Assembly (NCBI GenBank): GCA_964016885.1
Contig: OZ024741.1
Coordinates: 103,850,001 to 103,914,000 of the forward strand
Length of the DNA: 64,000 bases
Source: Eledone cirrhosa
Lineage: Eukaryota
Reading direction: 5' to 3'
Part shown: piece by piece, positions 12,120 through 24,964 of the stretch
Layout: every line of letters starts with the position of its first letter
Position numbering within the stretch: position 1 is the stretch's first letter
Notes under the pieces: generated by a model
What the model was told of the DNA's origin: nothing
Database searches by the model: none
What the model saw: only the letters and a program-made list of their open reading frames with translations
Made by a program: the position numbers and the translations under genes

Positions 12120-13715
12120 CTGATGTAGCAACAGCATCATCAACTGCTACAAAGACAAAGGTGATGCACTAGACAGAGGAAACTATTGGGGCATCAAACT
12201 GATTAGGGATCGAATTAACCTAGATGAGATGCAGTTTGGATTTGTGCCAGGAAAAAATACCATGAATGCTCTCTTCTAAGTGAGGCAACTGCAGCAGAAA
12301 TACCTAGCTAAAAGCAAACCCCCTCTACTTAGCATTTGTTGACCTAGAGAAAGCCTTTGACAGGGTTCCCTGTTCTGTAATCTTAGGAAACTAGGTATAG
12401 AAGAGTCGTTAGTGATGGCAGAACAAGCCATGTACAGAAGTGCTGTCAGTAAGGTTAAAATTAATAATGACTATAGCAAGGAGTTTAGTGTGCAAGTTGG
12501 AGTCCACCAAGTTTCCGTCCTTAGCTTTCTCCTGCTGATGTTCTAACTCTAATAGCTGAATCTATGACAGAACTAGAGAAAAAATTCATGACCTGGAAGC
12601 ATAGCCTGGAATCAAAAGATCTTAAAGTCAACTTGGCAAAATCTGAAGTTCTAGTAAGTAGTAAGGAAAACAAGGCTCTGGTCCCTTCTGGGAAATAGCC
12701 CTGTTTAGTGTGTTAGAAAGGGTGGAGTAGAAATTCCATCCCCTGTCCTAAATGCAAGCTATGGGAATACAAGAAATATAGTGGGATCTCAGCTAGGTTA
12801 GCTAAAAGCATAGGTTTTACTTGTGGCCGTTGCACAGGAGCTGTAAGTAACAAACACTCACATGAAACAGGTACTATCAAATTCTTGGAATGTTCCGTAG
12901 AAGCAGTTGACAGCTTCTGTTACCAGGATGAGGAAATTGGCTGTGGAAGTGGGTGTGCTGAAAGTACAGTAGCCAAAGAAAGAACGGGACAGAAAAAATT
13001 CAGGGAGTTACTACCGCTGCTAGCTACAAAAGGTTTTTCTCTCAAAATGATGGGCAGATTGTATGGTATGTGTATACGAACAGCAATGTTACATGGTAGT
13101 GAGACCTAAGCGCTGTATGCAGAGGACCTGTAATGATTTGGAAGAAATGAAGCTGGCATACTTCGATGGATGTGTAATTGTAATGTCATGAATGGCAAAG
13201 CACAAATGAACTGAGAAAGAAACTGGGCATAAGAGGGATCAGATGCAGTGTACAGGAGAGGAGATTATGTTGGTATGGTCATGTGATGTGTATGAAGGAT
13301 GACAGCTGTATAAAAGGAAGCTATAGTGTAGGAAGACTTGGGATGAGGTGATAAAAGTGGACTTTGCTGCACATTTACACATCTCAAAGGTGATGACACT
13401 GGATCGAGATCTCTGGCTTTATGCAGTAATACAGAAGTCTCTCCTTCCCATGTGAACAGGTTGAAGCATACATCTAGTACACACTATTGTCCCTTCTATA
13501 TACCTCCTATGCTCTAACACTCCACCAACGTCCTAACACCCCACCCTTCATCCACACACCCCACTAGATCTACCTCTCCAATCACTATGCACCTCAGTCA
13601 ACACTATAAAGTGGTCATTTTTGTGCTACAATAAAAAAGCACCCAGTCCATACTGTAAAGTGGATGTGTTGGTGACACGATACAAAGCACCCAGCCCACA
13701 CAAAGTGGTTGTGTA
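12120..13715 (+). mobile_element. Degenerate 5'-truncated RTE LINE
   Basis: LDEMQFGFVPG, LAFVDLEKAFDRVP and TAMLHGSET motifs with many stops; 3' UTR subrepeats. Confidence 0.85.
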
Positions 13716-14345
13716 GGCAAATCCCCTGGCTTAGATGATCTGCCCTACGAACTTTACACAAACATGCCAGACTTGTTCAGCAACACCTTAGCAGATGTCT
13801 ATGCCAACTGGCAGCAGAACAGAATTCCCAGTTCTGTGAGTCAAGAGGCAGTAGCGCTACTGAGAAAGGACCCAAACAACGGAGACCATTTAGACAATTT
13901 CAGGCTCATAACTCTGTTAAATGCAAAGTTTAAAATTTTGTCCAATTTTGTGCAATGAGGTTGGTGCTTGTCGTCAGTGGTTTGGTAGGGGAAGCGCAAA
14001 CATGCACCATTCTGGACAGGTTCATCCACTTCATGCGATACATCATAGAGAGGGTGGCTAAGAAACCTTGCATGGGTGGGGCCCTGATTAATTTAGATCA
14101 ATCAAAGGCTTTCAACAGGGTTGATCATCACTGCGTTGTGACCATCCTCAATGCACAGTGAAATCTGCTCTGTGGTTAGAGTGAACAATCATTTTCTGAA
14201 TCATTTAACATCATGCACTCGGTCCGCCAAGTTTGACTTCTCTGATCCCTTTTTTATGACTCTTGAGTCATTACTACACAAATTGGAAACTTTGAGAACC
14301 ATCCCACGCAAACTAGACTGTGGAAGATCTGTGTCAGATCATGTC
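13716..14345 (+). mobile_element. Degenerate Tx1/L1-clade RT fragment
   Basis: KSPGLDDLPYE, DNFRLITLLN, GALINLDQSKAFNRVDH and GRSVS motifs. Confidence 0.8.
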
Positions 14346-14554
14346 AGATCATAAAACGTGCATATTACCCAGTGTAAGTATTGCCCCACTCTACCACACA
14401 CACACACACACACAAGAATAAATAAAAGAAAAGATATTTATTCAAATGAAAATTTATTTATGCACCACGTGGTTACTTACTGAACCATAACAACCCGACA
14501 CCTATACACACACGCACACACAGTCATATACAATTCTTGTTCATTTTGTTGATT

Positions 14555-15002
14555 CATCATCATCATCATCATCATCGTTTAACGTCTATCTTCGACGCTT
14601 GCATGGGTTTAGACGGGAATTGTCCCACTTTAGGCAAGATTGGTTGTCTTGCTCGTGTAGGACTGTCTGGCAGGTTTTCTACGGCTGGATGCCCTTCCTA
14701 ACACTAACCACATTTACAGTGTGGACTGGGAAGTTTTTACCGTGTTACCTACACGGCCACATTACAGCATGGAATGTGTGTTTTTTGTCGCGACACCTAC
14801 ACAACCTCATTTATTTAGGACTGGATGTTGTGGTACCAATATAACTTTACAGAGAAAGGGGTGGTGTTGATGGGGGGGGGGGGGGTGTATATTTGATTAA
14901 GAGGTACCTACTGAGTGTAAGTTTCGCTTTGTACTTAAGCAAGGTGGGTCTTCTGCATTACTGCGTAGCGCCAAAGATCTCGGTCCAGTGACATTGTCTT
15001 GG
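14555..15002 (-). mobile_element. RTE LINE 3' end
   Basis: Matches 18277-18840; (ATC)n tail on the + strand. Confidence 0.85.
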
Positions 15003-15979
15003 ATCTCTATATATATAATAGACTATGTGTGTGTCTGTTTCTGCATAACTTCTATAACTTGCAACCGATTTTCTTCAAATTTGGCACAAACATGCATTAT
15101 ACTCCTGACCTTTGTACAAACTCATTACATTTTCAAATTTGTGTCTATTGCGCCCTCTATAAGAGAAAACTCGACTCAAAAAAGTTATTTTTGTCAATAA
15201 CTTCTACAGTTTACATCTGATTTCCTTCAAATTTGGAACAAACATGTATTATGTTCCCCACTTTATTTTGGACTCATAACATTTTGTTTAGGGACTAGAA
15301 AAAACGAATAAAAAAAATCTGCATTGTTATAACGCCTACAGTTGGCGGCCGATTTCCTTCGAACAACTATGCCTCATGTACCATACATTATTTTGGACTA
15401 ACCGATTTTTCGAATTTTTATCTAATTCGGGCCCTGTGTGAGAAAAACTAAATTTAAAAAAAGTAACAACGTCAATAACTTCTAGTTTGTGGCCAATTTT
15501 ATTCAAATTTGCACCAATTATGCATTGAGTTCTGTTTAATATTTTTAAATTTTAGTTGTTCTGCCTACTGTAGCCCCTAGCAGCGGAAAATCAACTCAAA
15601 CAACCGCCTCAATTGCATGGTTTACTGCTTGGTCCATGCAGGTTTACCGATTTTTCCCCACTGGTATAGCACATGATGCACAGATGTTTAGTATAAAGGG
15701 CGCATTTCATAAGACATTGGTTTTACCAGAAAAAGCTTAATTGGTGAAAAAGAGTCAGAATGGATCTATTGGAAAAGTCCCCGCCAACAGTTAGCAACAA
15801 TAACACCGGGTGTTACTGGTTTATTTTTTTCACCAAAAAGGTAGAGCACAAACTACAACCTATGTTTCTGCTCCATGTGCACAACTCACAATCATATTTG
15901 ATTTTTTATTTATATGTGTTACTATACTTTTGAAGTTTAATTTTTCCAATCCCATGCAACACTGGGCCCCACTACTAGT
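15003..15979 (+). mobile_element. Non-autonomous Helitron-like element
   Basis: A|TC..TATATA start, internal CAACCGATTTTCTTCAAATTTG subrepeats, 3' CCCATGCAACACTGGG hairpin followed by CTAG|T. Confidence 0.65.
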
Positions 15980-16017
15980 TATTATTATAGTTGTCATTAT
16001 GATAGTGATGTTAATGG

Positions 16018-16213
16018 TAATAATAATAATTGTTTCTACTTTTGACACAAGGCCAGCAATTACTCAGTACATTACTGGTACTTTATTTTATCGACCTCAT
16101 AAGGATGAAAGGCAAAGTTAACCTCGGCGGGATTTGAACTCAGATCGTAAAGGGGCGTAACTATGCTGGAAAGCATGTTCGACCCTCTACCAATACTGTC
16201 AATTCACCGCCCA
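16018..16213 (-). mobile_element. tRNA-derived SINE with (ATT)n tail (family B)
   Basis: Minus strand GAGTTCAAATCCCGCCGAGGTTAACTTTGCCTTTCATCC...GTCGATAAAATAAAGTACCAG. Confidence 0.85.
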
Positions 16214-16219
16214 TGGTAA

Positions 16220-16821
16220 TCTTAACTATAATAAAGAAAGGAGTGCGGGACTGTGTCCAGAATATACTTTTTTACCCCATTTGTAAAATAAGTTGGATTA
16301 CTTTGAATAAATAATTGTTTCTACTTTTGGCACAAGGCCAGCAATTATCCAGTACATTACTGGTACTTTATTTTATCGACCCCGTATGGATGAAAGGCAA
16401 AGTTAACTTTGAATAAATAATGAATGAATATTACATAATTTATGTGCTAAATTTTGGGGCTGTTGATTAAATATATTTTATAGCTTATTTAAAGACCTTT
16501 AAAATTCACTTCTTTAAAATTTTCAAATGTCAACACTTCCGGTTAGCGGCCGTTATATTATAACACATATATTTCCGTCGCTAATTTTCTCCTAATGCAG
16601 TTTATATATAATATCGTCTTTTTTTAAATATATCATGGATTACGTTACTGATTACAGAAGACAGTGTAACATAGACTTCGTTCAATTTCTGTGTATATTG
16701 TCAATTACGATTTTATTTGATGTATCATATCTACATGCATACATATATATTTGTGTATAATATCAATATACACACTACACATGCTAGCAGAAAACCACCC
16801 GTAGGGTGGTTTTTCTGCTAG
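16220..16821 (+). mobile_element. Non-autonomous Helitron-like element with nested SINE (16310-16408)
   Basis: 3' hairpin CTAGCAGAAAACCACCC-GTA-GGGTGGTTTTTCTGCTAG; paralogous to 30083-30920. Confidence 0.7.
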
Positions 16822-17609
16822 TAATAATAATAATTATCAAATGCAATACTTTATTTTTTAAGACAAAATATATCTATGAAAACAGAAAAGTGAGGGAAAG
16901 GCAAGGACTCTAGTGTCTCAGAAGAATGGGGAGGGGGGAAGGGGAAGGAAGATGGCCTCTGGAACTAGGGCACAGGGCTATTGAGGCTGCGCCCCGTGGA
17001 TAAGACCGCAAAAGCATTCCCGCAGACAATGGCCAGCGACACCCACTGCAACAGCTGACGTTCCAATCTTGTGGAGGAGCTCGGCAGTATGGAGTCCCAG
17101 TACACCTGAGGTCTTGACTGCAACTGGTGCAGAGCGGAAGGGGCCAGACAATCCCCAGTATTTGTTTATTGTATTTATTATTATTTTTTCTTGTTATTGT
17201 TATAATTATTGTTATTGGACATAGCAGGAAACAACAAAAAATAATAACTACACACAAACACACACATGTACACACACACACATAAACAAAATTCCTGAAC
17301 TTTTGAACTTTTGGGATTGCCAAGACAATACCTTCAATAGTCAACTTCCCTTGACTACTGATCAAATGAAAAACAGGCATGAATTGCTACTATCCATATT
17401 CAATATAACACTACATGCCTAATCCCCTATCAAATTGTATTTCAAACATAACGTAATCTGAGCCACATTTTTGCATAAAACTGAAAGAAATTTCCAACAT
17501 CAGTTAGATGCGAGTTACAAGTTGGCATAGCCACACATCTCTCCATCTCTCTTAACTTTTGAAAATCATGACACTTGTGAAACCGGTAAAGTTATAAGTT
17601 ATCTATATA

Positions 17610-20102
17610 CGAGGCGTGTCAGAAAAGTTCCAGGACTGATGTCACAAAAGATTTATTTAAAATCCAAACTTCACACTAAGAGTTTTCTTCTTCAAAGTAA
17701 TCCCCCTGGAGTCTAATGCACTTTTCCATCCTTTTCTGCCACGCTTGCATGCACTCCTGGAAGGATTCTTCAGGGATCCTCTGCAGTTCTGTCGTCACGG
17801 CCTTTTTGATGTCGTCCACGTCTTCAAAACGGGTCCCTTCCGGGTCGTACTCGAAGATCCATGACTCATCACCGGTGATGACTGTCCCTAGCAAGTCTGG
17901 TTCAGTTTCAAGATGCTCGAGGATGTCCTGGCACATTTGCATGCGTCGACCCTTCTGGTCATCGTTCAGCAGTTTTGGCACCATCTTCGCGCAGACTTTC
18001 CGCATGTCCAAATCTTCAGTGAGAATCTTTCAGACGCTGTCCCGATTCATGCCCAGCTCATTTGCCATCAGTCGAACAGTCAGCCAACGATCGCTACGCA
18101 CCATCTGCCTGACGTTCTGGCGTCCATCTTTAAACCTCTTGCACCACTCAAAAACACATGAGCGTGACATCATCTCATCTCCATACACTTGCTACAGCAA
18201 TCCCAGTGCTTCTGACGGAGTTTTCAAGTTTGTTTGTTGCTCTGTGCTCATTGCTTGACGCCCTGAAACAGGGGACATCATCATCATCATCATCATCATC
18301 GTTTAACGTCCCTGTTCCACGCTTGCATGGGTTTGGACGGGGGTTTTCCCACTTGAGGCAAGAGTGGTTGTCTTGCTCGCATAGGACTGTCTGGCGGGTT
18401 TTCTACAGCCGGATGCCCTTCCTAACACCAACCACATTTACAGTGTGGGGCTGGGAGGTTTTTACCGTGTTGCCTACACGGCCACATTACAGCGTGGACT
18501 GTCTGGCGGGTTTTCTACAGCTGGATGCCCTTCCTAACACCAAACACATTTACAGTGTGGGACTGGGAGGTTTTTACCGTGTTGCCTACATGGCCACATT
18601 ACAGCGTGGACTGTGTGTTTTTTTGTCGTGACACCTACACAATCTCGTTTGTTTCAGCCTGGATGTTGTGGCACCAACATAATTTTGCATTGAAGGGGCG
18701 GTGTGGATGGGGTGGGACGGGGGTGTATTTTGTTAGAGATGCCTACTGACTAGTAGGTTTTACTTTGTATTTAGGTAAGGCGGGTCTTCTCTGTTACTGA
18801 GTACCGCCAAAGGTCTCGGTCCAGTGACATTGTCTTGGAGAGGTGTAAGTGTGTGAGGTCGGAATTTATCAGCTCGTCCCAGGTTTTCCTGGGTCTGCCT
18901 ACTCCGTGGCTACCATCTATCTTTATTGCCCTGCACTTTGTTATACAGCTGTCGTCTTTCATGCGCATCACGTGACCATACCAACGTAGCCTTCTCTCGA
19001 GTAAACAACATCTGATCCCTCTTATTTCTAATTTTTTCCTTAGTTCGTTTATGCTTTGCCGTTCACGTATATTACTATTACACATCCAGCTGAGCATGCA
19101 AGCTTCGTGCCTCTCTAGTCTGCGTATATCCTCTGCACACAATGCCCAGGTCTCACTGCCATGCAACATTGCTGTTCGTATGCAGGCATCATACAACCTG
19201 CCTTTCATTTTTAGGGAGAACCCTTTAGCGGCTAATAGTGGTATAAGCTCTCTGAACTTTTTCCATCCAGTTCTGACTCTAGCTACTGTACTTTCAGAGC
19301 ACCCTCCCCCACTGCTGATTTTGTCACCCAGGTAACGGAAGCTGTCCACTATTTCTATACAACCCTCTGCGCAATTGAAAGAGTTAGTATTTTGTGGGCA
19401 CTTGCTGCTACTTATTGCACCAGAGCACCGGCCACATGTAAAATCTGTGTTCTTAGTTAGCTTACCTGTGATCTCACTACATCTTTTATGCACCCATACC
19501 TTGCATTTGGGACATAAAATGGAGTTTCTACCTACGCCTTTCCTACACACTGAGCATGGCCATTTCCCGGAGGGGACCGGCGCCTTATTTTCTTTCCTAC
19601 AAACTAGAACTTTAGTCTTAGCCAGGTTAATTTTAAGGCCTTTTGATTCTAGGCCGTGCTTCCATGTTTGGAATTTCTTCTCTAGCTCGGCCATTGATTC
19701 AGCTATGAGCGTTAGATCATCTGCGTATAGGAGTTCCCATAGGCAGCCGGTCTTGAACTCCACTGTTATAGCCTGAAGGGCAATAATAAATAGTAGGGGG
19801 CTAAAAACAGAGCCCTGATGGACACCAACTTTTACGCTAAACTCTTCACTATATTCGTTGTTAATTCTAACCTTGCTGACTGTTTCTTTATACATGGCTT
19901 GTATGGCTCTCACAAGCCATTCGTCAACACCTAGTTTTCTATATAAAATTATGAAGAAAAAAGTTTGATCGCTGCAGTGAGCTAAGATTACAGTTACATA
20001 CTCCAGGGGGATTACTTTGAAGGAGAAAACTCTTAGTGTGAAGTTTGGGTTTGAAATAAATCTTTGGTGACATCAGTCCTGGAACTTTTCTGACACACCT
20101 CG
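17610..20102 (-). mobile_element. Mariner transposon, internally deleted, with ~100-bp TIRs; interrupted by an RTE
   Basis: TA-CGAGG...CCTCG-TA ends; MRKVCAKMVPK, ITGDESWIFEYDPE and QGDYFE motifs; N-terminal VFEWCKRFKDG near 18125-18250. Confidence 0.9.
18277..19940 (-). mobile_element. 5'-truncated RTE LINE (ORF 18771-19913)
   Basis: GVHQGSVFSP, LLYADDL, PHD-like finger, RLRWYGHVMR; (GAT)n tail. Confidence 0.93.
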
Positions 20103-21240
20103 TATATAAAACAGAGGATGTCTGTCTGTGTAAATCCCTAAAACTCGAGAAGTACCCAACCGATTTTTTTCAAACTTTACACATGCATTACTTATATTTC
20201 TTGAAGTGCAATGGGCTAAAAATTTCAACTTTTTCTGCATTAGACGAAAAACCGCAATTTTTAGGTATTTTTAGGCCTTTTTGAGGCGTAACTTAAAGAA
20301 AATCCAGCTGATTTCCTTGAAATTTGCAGCACACATTAGTTAGTCCCCTCGTATTGCAGTGGACAAACAAAATTTCCGATTCCATTAATGGTTTCTAGGA
20401 AAGTTATGAATTAGCATTGGGCATTACATGCCATTTTCATTTTCAATATAAACGCTACTTAAACATCGTAAGTAGTGTATAATATTTCGTTAAGAATTTG
20501 GTTTATTTAACAGAGGACACAACACTTACTTTTAAGCAGGACAATTTTCGGGAGATTGAGGAAATGAGGAAGACCTTAAAATTTTTGTCAGTGCCCTGTT
20601 GACGCTTCATGCTTTCATCAAGCGCAAATCCGGGCCCTGTGTACGTTGTCGTGTTATTGACACCGTAAAACTCATGTCTGTGCTACTTCTACTAAGACCC
20701 CTTTTGTTGCACCTACACCGCAGTATGAACGCCCTGCGCAAGTACGCCAAACAGCGGTTGTGCTAATTCTCCGGTTACCCCTTTTGTTGCACCTTTGTTG
20801 CTGTGTAAACACAGTGCAACCAGTGCCACCCAGCATTTGTGCTAATTGCACTATGACTCCCTTCTGCTGCAGCTGCATTGCCATGCTGATTTGGTCATCT
20901 CAATATCCCTACTTAAATGTACATCCCTACTTGGTTTTCACACAATTGACTATATTGCTCCTTTAGACTGACGTAATTCGTGACATAATTCGTGAACAGA
21001 CTTATGACATACATTGCCCCACAACACTTACTCCTTTCGCATACAGGATTTCCGCAATCAGCCCACTGACCTGCTACTACTGGATTCGGCCTGCTGATGT
21101 TCTACGTTTCCAGTAGATGAACAATCATTCCTTGAGAATAAGGGAATTCAAAAAGTACACAGCTACATTCCTCAATCTATGCTTATGCGTGTTGCTATTT
21201 CACATTTCCTACCCCATGCAATGCCTGGTCCTGGTGCTAG
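20103..21240 (+). mobile_element. Helitron-like element whose 5' end (17601-17609) was split by the mariner
   Basis: ATCTATA|TATAAAACAGAGGATGTCTGTCTG start; 3' CCATGCAATGCCTGG...GCTAG|T. Confidence 0.6.
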
Positions 21241-21598
21241 TTATAAATAAACCTTCTTAAAGACTCTAATTGCATTTCCAACTTCTTTTTCCTATATAAT
21301 ATATATATATATACTGTTTAGTATTTCTGAGGAGGATGGCTGATTGAACAGGGATTTCGAGACTAGAAATAGGTAGTAACTTAACCACTACCATGCTAGT
21401 CGATATATCGATCTCCACCGATCAATCAACCCTGTAAAACAATCACAAAACAATGAACTAACTATCTACCTACACCTGACTTCTGTTTTTATTGTTCTAT
21501 GCACACACACACATATATATATATATGTGTGTGTGTGTGTGTACATATTCAAAAAGACACAATCATACTAATTTTCCTTTTATTTATTTCATTTTTAG

Positions 21599-21679
21599 TT
21601 GAAAGAAGCTTTGGGAGTGTCAGATGAAAAGCATCAGAAAGTAATTGACCAACTGGAAATAAAATTCTTTGAAGATAAG
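21599..21679 (+). CDS. BBOF1: BBOF1 exon E (LKEALGVSDEKHQKVIDQLEIKFFEDK)
   Basis: Long pyrimidine tract plus ag, AAG|gtctgt donor, 81 nt; resembles BBOF1 LKENL...LESRFFEEK. Confidence 0.9.
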
Positions 21680-22044
21680 GTCTGTGTTTATATCGGTTTG
21701 TAACTTTAAGATATCTTTTACAACCATAAATGTTTCCATCCTCTACATACACAACCACAACATACATGATAAGCTTTGGGCCCCTGGCCATTTTACCCAA
21801 TATTCTAATCTATTATTCATATCAATCGATTGTTGTTACAGTTATTTTCTGCATTTGAGATTCCCACATTTTCAAATTTTAAATTATTTATATTTATGCA
21901 CCACACTGCATGAATTTGAAAATCTAAGAGGAATTTAATGTAGGTATAATTACAGTTTTAAATTATAAACCTCACTGTAAAAAAGAACAAATGTAAACAC
22001 ATTTTTGTTATTCTCTTTGTACACAGAAAAACATAAAAGTTTTA

Positions 22045-22083
22045 CTTTACATGTTTCACAGCTTGTTGGCTCTTCATCAGAAG
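22045..22083 (-). ncRNA. Minimal type I hammerhead ribozyme motif
   Basis: CTT-CTGATGA-AGAGCCAACAAGCTGT-GAAA-CATG-TA-AAG; imperfect stem II. Confidence 0.5.
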
Positions 22084-22769
22084 ACAAATACTCTTAACAT
22101 TCCACCTATGCAGAGCTGAAACTGAATACTGTAATGTATTTAGTTCCTCCACTCTCTTCTTTGTCTGCCTGTATGTCGCCTGTCTTTCACACACATGCAC
22201 ACATCTTTACATATGCACACACCCTCACACATGTGCACATCCTTTTTTTTTCATGCAAATGTACATATGCATGCACACATACACACCTCACACACATTTT
22301 ATTTTTGGCATGATTTCTATGACTAGATGCCCTGTCTAATGCCAAAAACTTTACAAAGTGTACTGGGTGTATTTTATTGTAGCACTACCACTTTACAGAG
22401 TGTACTGACAACATTTCATTTCGGTCCCACCACTATAACTTTACTCACACATGTATATAGATTGACATATGTATACACACTCACACATCTACAACTACCC
22501 ACACATGATATATATACACTGATGCATGCACATATACACATTCTTACGCATGTAAGACACTCTCAAGCATGTATACACAGTATTTATTTCATAGTTATCA
22601 CACTCAATGCTGACCTTATTTTCTACTGAACCCATTTTCCTACTAATCACTCTTACTATATTACCTACTATACCAACTTCCTCATTATGCTTACTTTCTA
22701 CCTCATTACCTACTGTGCCAACTTTCCCATTATGCTCACTCGTTGGAATTATATAATCTACCATTTCCT

Positions 22770-24700
22770 TCAAGAGAAAAGCTTTTTGTTGCTAGCAGAG
22801 GTAACAACTCACTGAACTTCTTCCACTCTGTCCTCATGCTGACTACAAAACTTTTGGTACATCCACCTCCACTGCTAATAGGGCCTTCTTGATAGCAAAA
22901 GCTATCTGCTACTTCTAGTGAACCTTCTGAGGGAGTTCATTCTCAAGTAGTCTTATTGTTGACTATTTCTGTGCATCTGTCACATATTAAGTCTGCTTTT
23001 TCTGTCAGCCTACTTGTGAGCTTACCACACCTATTGTGCATCCACTAGGTTCACTGTATGAAGTTTCTACCTATTCCTTTTTGGCATATTGAGCATGGCC
23101 ATTTATCTGATGTTATCTGTCACATTCTCTTTCCTGCTTACTAAAACTTTAGTCTTTGTTAGGTTTACTTTGATTTCAAATTTTGTTTCCATGTTTGGAA
23201 CCTCTGTTCTAGTTCTACCATTTCTGTTATGAGGGCTAGATCATCAACATATGAAAGTTCCCCAAAACACCAGTCTTGAATTCCTCTGTTATGACCTGGA
23301 GGACTATAATGAACAGGAAGAGAAGGCTGAGAACTGAAAGCCAAACTGCATCATCATCATCATTTTTACATCTGCTTTTCCATGCTTGTATCAATATTAA
23401 TTCTATCCCTAATCAACTTTACTATCATTTTTTCTGTAATGTTCATAACCTGATCTAACAATTTGATGCCTCTGTAATTGTCTCTCTATAGAATGTCTTC
23501 TTTGCTCTTGTAGTAGTTGATAATGATGTTACTATGCCAATCATTGGGTACAAACCCTTCCCACACTACCTGGTTTGCTATTCAAGTGGCTAGTCTGTGA
23601 CATGCCTCACCAGATAGTTTAACCATCTCAGCAAAGGGCTCGCTGCTTTCTCTATCTTCATTTCTTTAATCACCTTATCTACTGTCAACTTTGATGGTTG
23701 GTCCTTCAGTTGGGTCTATGTGAGGTATACGGTCACTCTCCCATGTATTTTCATTTAACAACCTCTCATAATAACACTTTTATACGTCCTTCTTTTCAGC
23801 ATCAGTAAGGATAAGTGAACCACTGTCATTTCATACACACTTCTCTCCCACAATATCCAGTTTTCTCTGATCCTTACACAGCAGAATATTAGCAAACCTC
23901 TTACATTCTGCTTTTCCTCTTGCTAGATAAACCTGATGTCTGGCCTCTCTTCTAGTTACCTAGTATTGTTCCCTCTACATTTTTTATGCCTGTCTCTTAG
24001 CTTTAATGGCCCTATCAGTACTTTTCCACCACCACATCGCCTTCCATCTGGCTAGAGTTTCCTTCATCCACAGAGCTCATCTGTAACCCTCAGTAGGTTG
24101 TCTTGTAGGAGTTCTTAGTTCTCCTCTATATTATATATTTCTAACTCTTCATCCTCCTTGTCAAGTACTTCCTCTAATATGTCTCTTAATCTATAACTGT
24201 TTGATAGCTCTTTCAGCTTTCATATTCTTCTTCTCCAATCTGCCCTAGGTTTCTGTGTGGATCTATCTTATACTTTAAAGTCACTAATCATTGGGAAGTG
24301 CATCCATCCCCATGGTAACTTTTACTATTAACAACCATCTGCCTATTGTGTTATCTTGTGAGAATAAAGTCAATCTGATTTGTGTGTTCACCTGATTGAT
24401 AAGTGGTGATTGGCTGGTTGGTTTCCTGAAGTTTGTGTTACAGATTGTCAAGTTATTTGCATTACATTGATTCCTTTTCATTTCTCACCCCAAGTCAAAG
24501 CGTAATTATCTTTGACTACTTTGATTACCTATCTATCCATTTCTCAGCCATCCCAGCATCTCTACAATTTCTCCAATCTACCTTTCATTGTGTTCTCATT
24601 GAGAGTTGCTGTTTTACAGTTTAGGACTTGATGCAGGGGAGAGGTCTGGGTGGATGGCTTGTTGTATGGCTCCTGTACTTGAAAGGGAGAAGGTTTATGT
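22770..24700 (-). mobile_element. Old degenerate RTE LINE
   Basis: CNANNLTICNTNFRK and other segments homologous to the 25-28 kb RTE; many deletions. Confidence 0.8.
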
Positions 24701-24964
24701 GATTGCTCAGTTACAGATAGTGGCCTTTTAATCATGGTCCGATATTTTCATGTTTATCTACTGTTAGGATGACTCATAACTCAATTAGCTGGGACACAAC
24801 AAGGAGTGGGGAGGGCACTACAGATTAGGGAGCAAAAAGACAAAAAGTTACCAGGAGCTACTCAAGGAGTAAACTAGGTTCATCTTCAGGAGATGAGGAG
24901 ATTTAGGGGTGTGGTGGGGGTTGATGTCATCAGATATGCCTTACCCTGATTATGTACTCCCGCT

